Of a stretch of 64,000 bases of DNA, positions 1 through 8,783 are shown in pieces. Position 1 is the first letter of the stretch. Each line of letters starts with the position of its first letter. The translations under genes and the position numbers were made by a program. The stretch comes from Chloroflexota bacterium (GTDB lineage Bacteria > Chloroflexota > UBA11872 > VXOZ01). Location of the stretch: positions 448,001 to 512,000 of the forward strand of contig CAXXVD010000002.1 of assembly GCA_963662335.2 (NCBI GenBank), in the 5' to 3' direction. Under the pieces are notes generated by a model, which saw nothing but the letters and a program-made list of their open reading frames with translations, did no database searches and was not told where the DNA came from.

Positions 1-296
1 GGCATGTTCCAGAGCGTCGCGATTCCGCGCTCTAGAAGCTCTTTCACGACTGAAGCGCCGCCAACCGATATGTCTGCGATAGTCGGATTGGCATTCTGGA
101 AGTTGGGGTCGCGCACGCTAACCGGGGTGCCGACTGGCAGTAGTTCCTCCAATGCCTCTTTGCACTCCTGCTCCTTGTCATCCCGTGCCGCGATTGGTAG
201 GAATACCCTCTTGATGGTATGTTCAGGGTCGTGCACTCCAACCTCTACGGTATTGAAGTCCGCGACCTTGCAGACAATGCAATGGACCGCTACCAT
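1..296 (-). CDS. Degenerate thermonuclease (SNase)-like protein, 3' end outside window
   Basis: Manual translation from ATG at 296 (upstream RBS AAGGAG) gives MVAVHCIVCKVADFNTVEV...ECKEALEELLPVGTPVSVRD...IADISVGGASVVKELLERGIATLW, open to the window edge. The pattern follows the SNase OB-fold but lacks DGDT and GIDAPE. Confidence 0.55.
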   Translation of the reverse strand, partial: MVAVHCIVCKVADFNTVEVGVHDPEHTIKRVFLPIAARDDKEQECKEALEELLPVGTPVSVRDPNFQNANPTIADISVGGASVVKELLERGIATLWNM

Positions 297-306
297 CGCA
301 CTCTCC

Positions 307-525
307 TTAGCCATTTCGCAAGATTGTGGTAATGACAGTCAAGAGGCCGCCAAAGATGGCGATGCACAGTATGAGAATGACATGGACTTCCCACTGCGTT
401 CTTGCCACTACCTTGTTGGTAGCTTCGATCATGCCCTTAGCCTCGGCCACGCTCTCCTTTGTAGCCAAATACTCGCACGTACGTTCGACAATCGCGATCC
501 TCTCGTCTAGGGAAGGTCTGAACAA
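307..525 (-). CDS. Small coiled-coil + C-terminal TM protein (DUF1640/CCDC90-like), 5' end disrupted by IS5
   Basis: LDERIAIVERTCEYLATKESVAEAKG plus a hydrophobic tail. It resembles the ORF at 62523-62711. The first 5 codons lie within the IS inverted repeat. Confidence 0.55.
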   Translation of the reverse strand: MFRPSLDERIAIVERTCEYLATKESVAEAKGMIEATNKVVARTQWEVHVILILCIAIFGGLLTVITTILRNG

Positions 526-1731
526 GTCGGTTTTAGCCAGGGAAGTAGTGGTGCGGGATTGTGGTGGTCATTTGAGGAGTGTTTTGGCGATTGAGCGGGG
601 CTGTTTTGCCCCACTGTGGGCGCTGCTGGGAGCGTTTTTTGCTCCCGCTCGTGTTTTGGGCGCACTACGCCTGTGTCAGGCCACCAAGCGGGGTGCGGTC
701 GTGGCCAGGTTGGCCAGTCCCAGCAGCAGCGCCAGCCGTTGCGTGTATTTGTGCAGGCCCCGGTAGCGCACCGTGGCGTAGCTGTCTTCGACAAGGTCGC
801 CGAAGCGCCGCTTCACCCAGAGGAACGGATGTTCTACCTTGGCCCTGACCGACGCTTTGCGCTGCTCTGCCAGCGCCGCCGCGCTCCCTGCCGTCAGCCA
901 CCGCCGCTGCCCAGGCCGCAGCGCCACCTGCCAGACCACCGCGCGCCCCTGATGTTCCGGCCGCTTCTGCACGCCTATGTACCCCGCGTCTCCCCAGACC
1001 TCCTGCTCCGCCCCGTGCAGCAACACCGCCGCTTGCGTGATGTCGTGCACGTTGGCCGACGTGGTGGCAAGACTATGCACCACCCCCGTCGCCGCGTCTG
1101 CCCCAATGTGCAACTTCATCCCGAAATGCCACTCGTTCCCCTTCTTCACCTGTCGCATCTCCGGATCCCGCTCCCCCGCAAGGTTCTTCGTCGATGTCGG
1201 CGCCGCGATAATCGTCGCGTCCACCACCGTCCCCTCCCGCAGCCGCAACCCCTGTGCCGCCAGATGCCCGTTGATCTCCGCCAGCAACCGCTCGCCCAAC
1301 CGGTGCTTCTCCAACAAGTGCCGAAAGTGCAGGATCGTCGTCTCGTCCGGCAACGCGTCCCGCAGCCGCAACCCCACGAACCGCCGCACCGGTTCCACCT
1401 CGTACAGCATGTCCTCCATCCCAGGGTCGCTCAGGTTGTAGAACAACTGCACACAGTGGATCCGCGACCTTGTCGAAGACAGCAGCATCACCGACAAGGG
1501 ATACGGCGGCCGCCCCCGTCCCGCTTTGGGATAGAACGGCGCTATGCACGCCTCCAACTCCGCCCACGGGATCAAGCCGTCCATGTGCTCCAAGAACTTC
1601 TCCCGACGCGTCTTGCGCTTCTTATGCGTGTACTCCATCTCCGCAAACGACTGCTGCTCCATCACCTTACTCCTCCACTCGCGGCATTTCCTTGGTATCA
1701 TAGGTATGCCACGTACTTGTTCAGAGGTTCC
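511..1731 (-). mobile_element. IS5-family (IS5 subgroup) insertion sequence
   Basis: IRs GGAAGGTCTGAACAAGT (511-527) and ACTTGTTCAGAGGTTCC (1715-1731); YTAR flanks CTAG and TTAG; contains a transposase. Confidence 0.92.
676..1701 (-). CDS. IS5 family transposase (likely start ATG near 1662) with two 6-aa in-frame insertions
   Basis: QQSFAEMEY..KRKTRREKFL, GRPPYPL, PDETTILHFRHLLE, VDATII, WHFGMKLHIG, WGDAGY, RAKVEHPF. Confidence 0.93.
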   Translation of the reverse strand: MIPRKCREWRSKVMEQQSFAEMEYTHKKRKTRREKFLEHMDGLIPWAELEACIAPFYPKAGRGRPPYPLSVMLLSSTRSRIHCVQLFYNLSDPGMEDMLYEVEPVRRFVGLRLRDALPDETTILHFRHLLEKHRLGERLLAEINGHLAAQGLRLREGTVVDATIIAAPTSTKNLAGERDPEMRQVKKGNEWHFGMKLHIGADAATGVVHSLATTSANVHDITQAAVLLHGAEQEVWGDAGYIGVQKRPEHQGRAVVWQVALRPGQRRWLTAGSAAALAEQRKASVRAKVEHPFLWVKRRFGDLVEDSYATVRYRGLHKYTQRLALLLGLANLATTAPRLVA

Positions 1732-1837
1732 TTAGATTCCTCGCTGCGCTCGGAATGACATTTACTTGCCCCTGTCAGCCCTCACCCCGGCCCCAGGGAG
1801 AGGGAGTTTCTTAGCGGTACCAAGCGCTTGGGCGTTG

Positions 1838-2725
1838 TCAGCGGGAGACGGGGATGCCGGTCGTATGCAGGCGGATGCGGTAGAGGCTCGTGCGGGCGGT
1901 GACGTAGAGCGTGCGCAGGTCGTCATCGCCCCATGCCACGTTGGCGGGTTGCTCGTCGCCGATGATGCGTCCGAGCACGTGCCCGGCCGGATTCATCACC
2001 CAGATGCCGCCCGGCCCGGTGCAAAATACGTTGCCGTTGGTATCCACCTTCATGCCGTCGGGACTGCCTTCGTCGTTGGAGGTCATGTCCGTCCACAGGC
2101 GGCCGTCCGCCAGCGCGCCGTCGGCCTTGACCGTGAACGCGCGGATGTGACGGCGGCGGCTGTCGTCGATATAGAGCGTCTGCTCGTCGGGCGCCAAGGC
2201 AAGGCCGTTCGGGCGGTCGAAGTCGTCCACCAGGAGGCGCAGCGCGCCGTCAGGCGTAATTAGATAGACGCCGCGAAAGTCCAGGTCCGGGGCCTGCCCC
2301 AAGTCTTCCACGCCGTAGGGCGGATCGGTAAAGTAGAGCGTGCCGTCGGAGCGCACGACCACGTCGTTGGGGCTGTTGAGTTTCATGCCCTGGTAGGAGT
2401 CCGCCAGGGTGACGTAACTGCCGTCGGCTTCCTGGCGGCTCACGCGGCGGCCCGAATGCTCGCACGAGATGAGGCGGCCCGCGCCGTCCAGGGTGAGGCC
2501 GTTCGCGTTGCCAGAGGGCGCGCGGTAGGTGCTTACTGAAAAGCCTTCCGGCGCCTCGCACCAGCACACCGTGCGGTTGTTGCGAATGTCGCTGAAGAGC
2601 AGACTGCCGTCGCGCCACACCGGCCCCTCGGTGAACGCGAAGCCGCCGGCCACGCGCTCCAGTTCCGCGCCGCGGGGCACGAGGTCGAAGAAGGCCGGGT
2701 TGCGTACGTCGAACGTGGTTGCCAT
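1838..2725 (-). CDS. SMP-30/gluconolactonase/LRE family protein
   Basis: FTEGPVW, LLFSDI, NGLTLD, LNSPNDVVV, PNGLA, PDGMKVD motifs. Confidence 0.93.
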   Translation of the reverse strand: MATTFDVRNPAFFDLVPRGAELERVAGGFAFTEGPVWRDGSLLFSDIRNNRTVCWCEAPEGFSVSTYRAPSGNANGLTLDGAGRLISCEHSGRRVSRQEADGSYVTLADSYQGMKLNSPNDVVVRSDGTLYFTDPPYGVEDLGQAPDLDFRGVYLITPDGALRLLVDDFDRPNGLALAPDEQTLYIDDSRRRHIRAFTVKADGALADGRLWTDMTSNDEGSPDGMKVDTNGNVFCTGPGGIWVMNPAGHVLGRIIGDEQPANVAWGDDDLRTLYVTARTSLYRIRLHTTGIPVSR

Positions 2726-2831
2726 GGTTCATTGCCTCCGGGAAGTTTCTGGCGTAGTTGTGCTGAAGTGGCGATTCTGGGCGTGGTTGTGGAGAATCGC
2801 CCTCACTCTCACCCTAACCCTCTCCCTCAAG

Positions 2832-3925
2832 GAGACCTTTGCGTAATCCTGGTTTTGGGCGAGACAGAGGCGTGCCGGGCTGGGAAGCGGGATTTTTCAG
2901 CTTCCGCCGGGGGGTGTTCTTCGCCCGTGCGTGAGTATTGAGCGGGCTCTTTGCCCCCGCGCAGGGGTCAGATTGGTGCTGTGGAGGTGCGGGAACCGGG
3001 TTCCCGCCGTCTCTGCTCTGCCTTTCTCGGTTAGGCCGCGCGTGCCAGCAACGTCTCCGCCGTCCGCAGGTTGTACGCTATCAGTTTGAACCACACCTCC
3101 ACGCCGTTGCGGCCCAGGCCGCGGTAGCGCACCCGCCGGTAGCCGTAACTCCGCTTCAGCGTGCCGAACACCCGCTTCACCACCGCCCGCACCGGCGCTA
3201 TCCGCGCGTTGCGCTCCTGCTGCCACTGCGGCAATTCCCGCTGGTGCTTGTGCGACCGGTGCATGATGCAATCGTCTATCCCCTGTGACCGCAGCCACTC
3301 TCGCCGCCGCTTGGACTCGTACGCCTTGTCTGCGTACACCGCCTCCTCGTCACCACAGACCAAGTGGTCCGCCACCTCACTCTCAGATACTTTGGCCGGC
3401 GTCAGTTCCGCCCGCCGCACCAACCCCGACCCTAAATCCATCCCCACGTGCGCCTTGTACCCATAGTGCGCTTGCCGCTTGGCCCCGCTGCGCGTCCAAT
3501 CCGCGTCCGGGTCTTTCTCCCCTTTCTGCCCTAACTCCGCTTTCACCGACGGCCGCCGCACCTGCGCTTCCACCAGCGTCGCGTCCAGCAACGTCCCGTT
3601 CTTCACCACCAACCCTCGCTCCTCAAACTGCGCTCCCAACTCCGCAAACAACGCCTCGCTCAATCCATGCTCCGCTATCTGCGCCCGAAACCGGCTCAGC
3701 GTCGAGTGATCCGGCGTCTTGTCTGCCAATCCCAACCCCACGAACCGCCGGAACGAGAGCCGATCCCGCAACATCTCCTCCATCACCGGATCCGATAGGT
3801 TGTACCACTGCTGCAACAACAACACCTTCACCATCACCAACGGCGGATAGCTTGGCCGACCCCGCTCAGACGCATAGATGCCCGACACCAACTCCCCCAT
3901 CCGCTCCCAATCCACCGCCGCCAGG
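2832..3925 (-). mobile_element. IS5-family element (IS1106-like end), 5'-truncated
   Basis: Terminal GAGACCTTTGCGTAATCC at 2832. No matching second IR was found; the transposase lacks its N-terminus. Confidence 0.8.
3031..3915 (-). pseudogene. IS5 family transposase, N-terminally truncated
   Basis: GRPSYPP, LQQWYNLSDP, PDHSTLSRFR, LDATLV, YGYKAHV, YADKAY. The catalytic Glu position reads RAVVKRVF instead of R.VE..F. Confidence 0.8.
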
Positions 3926-3977
3926 ATTCACGCTCACCCCGGCCCTCTCCCTCAGAGAGAGGGGGCAAGAGCGGCGC

Positions 3978-4796
3978 CTAGGCCTCGAGCACGTGCTCCT
4001 CAATCGCCACGGCCACGCCGTCTTCCTCGAAGGTGGCGGTCACGAAGTCCGCCGCCGCTTTCACGCGCGGGGCGCCGTTGCCCATGGCCACGCCGAAGCC
4101 GGCCGTCTGCACCAGGCTCAGGTCGTTCAGGTTATCGCCGATGCCCATCACCTGCGCCAGCGGGACGCCGAGCGCGTCGGCAAGCTGTGTCAGGGCGCGC
4201 CCCTTGTTCACGTCCGGATGAATCGCCTCGGTGTAGTAGGGGTGCGACTTGGTGATGCCCAGGCGGTCGCCAAAGTGGGCGGCGAGTTCTTCCACCAGGC
4301 GGTCTGTCTTATCCTCATCCAGGTTCACCAGCACCAGTTTGGTGGGGGGATTTTCCGCCACGAACGCCGCCAAGTCCGGTACCACGGTAGCCTCCACGTT
4401 GGCAATGCGCATGTAGACCTCCGCTTCCGGCGTCAGGGTCTCCACGTGCAGGCGGTCGTCGACGAAGGCGTTCACCTGGATGCCCCGCGCCCGCGCCAGT
4501 TCCACCACTTCAAGCGCCAGCGCCGTCGGCACGGCCAGGTGGAACGTCGTCTCGCCGCTGACCGGGTGGCGCACCAGGCCGCCCTGGTAGCAGATGAGCG
4601 GCGCGGTGATGTTTAGCTCCTGGGCAAAGGGCGCCATGGCCGCGAACATACGTCCGCTGGCAAGCGTGACCGTGACCCCTTGCGCCTGGGCCGCGGCAAT
4701 CGCCCGCTTCACCCGGGGCGAGATCGTCAGGCTATGGTCGATGAGCGTGCCGTCCAAGTCGATGGCGATCAGCCGGTAGCCGGGCTTGGCGCTCAT
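3978..4796 (-). CDS. Cof-type HAD-IIB hydrolase
   Basis: IAIDLDGTL, LASGR, NKGRAL, IGDNLNDLS, VAMGNG; ATGA overlap with the nfo stop. Confidence 0.93.
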   Translation of the reverse strand: MSAKPGYRLIAIDLDGTLIDHSLTISPRVKRAIAAAQAQGVTVTLASGRMFAAMAPFAQELNITAPLICYQGGLVRHPVSGETTFHLAVPTALALEVVELARARGIQVNAFVDDRLHVETLTPEAEVYMRIANVEATVVPDLAAFVAENPPTKLVLVNLDEDKTDRLVEELAAHFGDRLGITKSHPYYTEAIHPDVNKGRALTQLADALGVPLAQVMGIGDNLNDLSLVQTAGFGVAMGNGAPRVKAAADFVTATFEEDGVAVAIEEHVLEA

Positions 4797-5629
4797 GCGC
4801 AGAGCCCCCGCACGATGTCCATGTTGGCCTGGTCGGGCCCCTTGTCGTCGAACCCAGGCACTTCCAGCACCGCGCACGTGTCCGCCAGCGCCGCGTGGTT
4901 GACGATGTAGCGGAAGGCTTCCAGGCCGATGTGGCCCTCGCCGATGTTCTCGTGGCGGTCCTTCTGGGAGTTGAAAGGCACCTTGGAGTCGTTGAGGTGG
5001 AAGGCGGCCAGGCGCTCCAGGCCGAATTCCGCGTCGATCTCCGCCAGCATGGCGTCGAACCCCTCCGGAGTCTCCACGTGGTAGCCGGAGGCGAAGGCGT
5101 GGGCGGTGTCCACGCAGAGCTTGATGCGCTCATGGCTGCCGCAGGCGCGGAGGATCGCGCCCAGGTCCGCGAAGTTCGACCCGATGTTGCCGCCGGAGCC
5201 GGCGCTGTTCTCCAGCAGCAGCGGCACGGTGTCGGAGGCCGCCAGCGCGTCGCCAATGGCGGCTTCGACGCGGGGCATGGCCTGCTCCAGGCCGTCGCCC
5301 ATGTGACTGCCGACGTGGGTGATGACGCCGGCGGCTTCGAGCAGGTCGCCCGTTTGCAGTTGGTGCGTGAGCGTCATCACCGAATTCTGGTAGTTCTGCG
5401 GTTTGGGCGAACCGGTGTTGATCAGGTATTGGGTGTGGAAGAAAGCGGGCATTGGCGTTTCCGCGTAGGCGGCCTTGTAGGCGGTCACGTGCTCGTCTTT
5501 GGGCAGCGCGCGTTGCCAGCCGCGCGGGTTGGCGCTGAAGATCTGCATGCATTCGCACCCCAGGTCCGCGGCCCGGGCAAACGAGGTGGCAATGCCGCCG
5601 GTGGTGCGCACGTGGGCGCCAAGTTGCAT
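4793..5629 (-). CDS. nfo: Deoxyribonuclease IV (endonuclease IV)
   Basis: LGAHV, QIFSANPRGW, HTQYLIN, LLENSAG, CVDTAHAFASG, HLNDSK, DRHENIGEGHIG. Confidence 0.95.
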   Translation of the reverse strand: MQLGAHVRTTGGIATSFARAADLGCECMQIFSANPRGWQRALPKDEHVTAYKAAYAETPMPAFFHTQYLINTGSPKPQNYQNSVMTLTHQLQTGDLLEAAGVITHVGSHMGDGLEQAMPRVEAAIGDALAASDTVPLLLENSAGSGGNIGSNFADLGAILRACGSHERIKLCVDTAHAFASGYHVETPEGFDAMLAEIDAEFGLERLAAFHLNDSKVPFNSQKDRHENIGEGHIGLEAFRYIVNHAALADTCAVLEVPGFDDKGPDQANMDIVRGLCA

Positions 5630-5952
5630 GAGTTGATCCCTTCGTGAGCGTTGCTGGAAAGGGGACGAGCGGGCAGTGAACTGTGACTATTATAGCAAAG
5701 CCGGCGGCCGGGGTGGGGCTGGCGGACCGAGACGTGATGGCTTCAAGAGGCGAGGTTCCTGTCATTCCGAGCGCAGCGAGGAATCTACGCGCGCCCGCAC
5801 GAGATTCTTCGTCGCTGCGCTCCTCAGAATGACAGAGCTTGAGAAGGATGACAGCCTGAAAAGGCGCTCTGTGCATGCGCGGTGTCTACGGCCGCCGCGT
5901 GGGGTGTGTCCGCGCCTGCTCATGCCGCGCACGAGCGCCGCCGCCGTGACGC

Positions 5953-5958
5953 TATAAT
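5953..5958 (+). promoter_or_regulatory. Putative sigma70 -10 box upstream of AAA-VWA module
   Basis: Perfect TATAAT in GC-rich context. The same 13-mer CGCTATAATGTGG occurs upstream of zwf (46807-46819). Confidence 0.45.
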
Positions 5959-6049
5959 GTGGAATGTGGGCCGGCCGCCGCGACGAGCGCGCCGCGCGCG
6001 TGAATGCGGGCACGGACGGCGCAAGAGCACAGGTAAGTAGCCGACGAAG

Positions 6050-6195
6050 AGGCGGGGGACAAGCCCCCGCGCTACGACATTTGCGCAGTGGCGGGGATTG
6101 AGACCCCGTGATACGGCATATGCGCAGTGGCGGGGGCTGAGACCCCGTGATACGGCATATGCGCAGAGGCGGGGAACGAGCCCCCGCGCTACGAT
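6050..6195. repeat. Tandem array of four ~39-bp REP-derived units
   Basis: GGCGGGG...CCCCGYG.TACGRCATWTGCGCAG units with varying hairpin loops. Confidence 0.85.
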
Positions 6196-6229
6196 CCGTC
6201 AGTGAATTGTGGAAGAGAGTTGCGGTCGT

Positions 6230-8680
6230 ATGCGGAATATCCTGAGCGGGCTGCTGGGCAGCCGGAGTGAGGAGGAAGCGCGGACCGCCACGCGTGCGCG
6301 GCAACGGGACGCCGGCGACTTTGGCGCGTTGCTGGGCGACCTGGGCGGCGGCGTTCTGCTCTACGAGGATGCGTTCGTCCTGGGCAGCGACGCCTACCGC
6401 CGCCGCCAGCCGCCGCTCGCGCTTGCATTGGAACGCGGCGACGAAACTGCCTACCGCGAGATTCAGAGCCAGTTCGACGGCTGGGACGGCGCGCGGAGTT
6501 TTGCGGGCGCTGTGCCGCGGGCGCGCGAGGTCTTCCGCCATTGCACGCCGCGCATGACCGCCACGCTGCGGCAGATGGCGCACGTGCTGGGCGGCGCGAG
6601 CGCGGCCAACCCTTCCCTGCTGCTCACCGGGCCCACCGGCTGCGGCAAGACCACACTGGCCAAGACCTTCTGCCACCTGGCAAACGAGCCGTGCGTGGAG
6701 ATCACGTTCAGCGGCGATACGGCGCTCAGCGACTTCTACCAATCGGTGGAGGTGGTCACCCAGGCCGGCAGCCAGGCGCACAGCACGGCCACGGTGCTCG
6801 GTCCGGCGGTGGACGCCATGCTCACCGGCAAGAAACTGCTGCTCAACGAGGTGAATATCATTCCCCAGGACCTGCTGAGCGTCTTCACCCAGGCGCTGGA
6901 CGCGCGCCAGGTGGTCCTCTCCGGCAGCGAGTGGGGGAACGTGACCGTGCCGGTGCACCCGCAGTTCGGCGTGATCGCCACCGCCAACCCCAACTACACC
7001 GGCACGCTGGAGATCGGCGTTACCTGGGAACGGCGCTTTGGCCGCGGCACGGGCAACGTGGCGCTGGACTTCCTGCCGCCGGAAGAAGAGGCCGAGGCGG
7101 TCTATCACGAGTTGCGGCGCGTGGCGGCGCTGGCGCAGGTGGGCGCGCCGCCGCCCATGGAGGCCTGCACGGCCGCGGCTGCGGTGGCGGCGGAACTGCG
7201 CAGCCACCCGGAACTCGGCGGCATCATGCGCGACCGGATTTCCACGCGCTCGTTAGTGCACTGGCTCAGCGTGTGCGGCCTCACCGGCTTTGCCATGGCC
7301 GCGGTGGCGCGGGACGCGATCTTGACGCTCGCGCCGCCTGAGGCGCGAGAGGAAGCGGCCGCGCTTGTGGGGAAACTGCTGCGCACCGTGGGCTGGCCCG
7401 CGCGGACGCAGCGCCGGGTGAGCGGCGTGCTGCTGCCGGAGATTACCGTGCCGGAGGAGAGCGTGGTCGCGCTGAGCAGTCTCGCGCCCGCGCCGACGCC
7501 CTTTGCTCAGGACGAAGAGAGCGCCCAGCGCGCCGGCGGGTTGGAGCAAGAGGTCTACCAGCCGCTCGACGGCGCCGCATCGGGCGGCCAACCGGCGCTG
7601 GCGCGCTACCAGTGCGTTCTCCCCGACGGCACGCGCTTGCGCCTGGAAGAGCCGCTCTACACCTGGGCCGGAAACCCCATGGCCCTGGGGCTGCGCCTGC
7701 GGGCGTGGGATCCAAACGGGTTCGAGATTGCGGACCCGGCGCGGCTGGAGGCGTTGGAGGCCGTCCTCGGCGCGGAATACGGCCTCACGGTGCCTAGGCC
7801 AATTGGCAACGTGCCGGCCGCCGGCGTGGCCCTGCCCTGCCTGACACGCTCCGGCTGGACGGCGCTGCGCCTGCTGGAGGCGGCGCTGGCGCTCGACCGG
7901 CCGGTGTACGTCAAAGGCCCGCCGGGCAGCGGCAAGTCGGCGCTGGTGCGCACGCTGGCCCGGCTGCGGCAGACGCCGCTGGTGGAACTCTCGTTTACGG
8001 GCGAGACCTCCAAGCACGACCTGCTGGTCAGCCGCCGCCTGCGCACGGGCGAGACCCAATGGACGGTGCAGGCCTTTCTGGAAGCGGTGCTCAAGGGCTA
8101 CCTGGTGCTGGTGAACGACTATAACCTGGCCTATTCGGACGTGCACTCCCTGCTGAATAGCCTCTTCGACAAGGGCCGGCGCATTACGCTGCCGGACGGC
8201 CGGACGGTGACGGCGCACCCGGGCTTCCGGCTGGTTGCCACCGGCCAGCCGGAAGGCCCGGGCGTGAAGCCGCTCAACGAGGGCGTGGAAAACCGCTTCG
8301 GCGCGATTCTGGAACTCGCGTATCCGTCGTCCGGCGAAGAACTGGCCATCCTGCGCAGCGTGGGGCGCGGCCTGCCCGCGCCAACCCTGCGCGCGGTGGT
8401 GGACTTCGTCGGCCAATGCCGGCGCTGGGCGGCCGGCGCGGCGCCGGAGGACCTGGCGCAGGAAACGCTCTGGCAGGACGCGGTCTCGCCGGAGTTGATC
8501 GCCGCCGTGGCGGCGGCCGGCAACTGGAGCACGGCGGAATTGGTGGCGCTGGCGCGAGAGGCGGAAGACGGCGCGGCGGTGGTGGAACGGTTCCAGGAGG
8601 GCGTGCTCTCAGCCGCCAGCCCCGCCGCCCGCCGCATCCTGGAGGCGCTGCTGCTGCAATATAACGTGACGGTAGAGTGA
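6230..8680 (+). CDS. Tandem (double) AAA+ ATPase, MoxR/CbbQ/midasin-like (AAA_5)
   Basis: Two P-loops, GPTGCGKT and GPPGSGKS. Walker B LLLNE and LVLVND. HPQFGVIATANP / HPGFRLVATGQP; ERRF / ENRF. Confidence 0.88.
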   Translation: MRNILSGLLGSRSEEEARTATRARQRDAGDFGALLGDLGGGVLLYEDAFVLGSDAYRRRQPPLALALERGDETAYREIQSQFDGWDGARSFAGAVPRAREVFRHCTPRMTATLRQMAHVLGGASAANPSLLLTGPTGCGKTTLAKTFCHLANEPCVEITFSGDTALSDFYQSVEVVTQAGSQAHSTATVLGPAVDAMLTGKKLLLNEVNIIPQDLLSVFTQALDARQVVLSGSEWGNVTVPVHPQFGVIATANPNYTGTLEIGVTWERRFGRGTGNVALDFLPPEEEAEAVYHELRRVAALAQVGAPPPMEACTAAAAVAAELRSHPELGGIMRDRISTRSLVHWLSVCGLTGFAMAAVARDAILTLAPPEAREEAAALVGKLLRTVGWPARTQRRVSGVLLPEITVPEESVVALSSLAPAPTPFAQDEESAQRAGGLEQEVYQPLDGAASGGQPALARYQCVLPDGTRLRLEEPLYTWAGNPMALGLRLRAWDPNGFEIADPARLEALEAVLGAEYGLTVPRPIGNVPAAGVALPCLTRSGWTALRLLEAALALDRPVYVKGPPGSGKSALVRTLARLRQTPLVELSFTGETSKHDLLVSRRLRTGETQWTVQAFLEAVLKGYLVLVNDYNLAYSDVHSLLNSLFDKGRRITLPDGRTVTAHPGFRLVATGQPEGPGVKPLNEGVENRFGAILELAYPSSGEELAILRSVGRGLPAPTLRAVVDFVGQCRRWAAGAAPEDLAQETLWQDAVSPELIAAVAAAGNWSTAELVALAREAEDGAAVVERFQEGVLSAASPAARRILEALLLQYNVTVE

Positions 8681-8739
8681 GCGCGGCGGTCGATCCGTAG
8701 CGCGGGGGCTTGTCCCCCGCCTCCTGCGACGCGCCGCTA

Positions 8740-8783
8740 CCGTCGGAGTAGGGGCACGACATGTCGTGCCCCTACTCCGACGG
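8740..8783. repeat. Perfect 44-bp palindrome containing a GTAG-type REP
   Basis: CCGTCGGAGTAGGGGCACGACA|TGTCGTGCCCCTACTCCGACGG. Confidence 0.9.

Noticed and set aside
6050-6195. Possible mini-CRISPR upstream of the AAA gene
   Set aside because: The 39-bp period is too short and the variable part is a REP hairpin.
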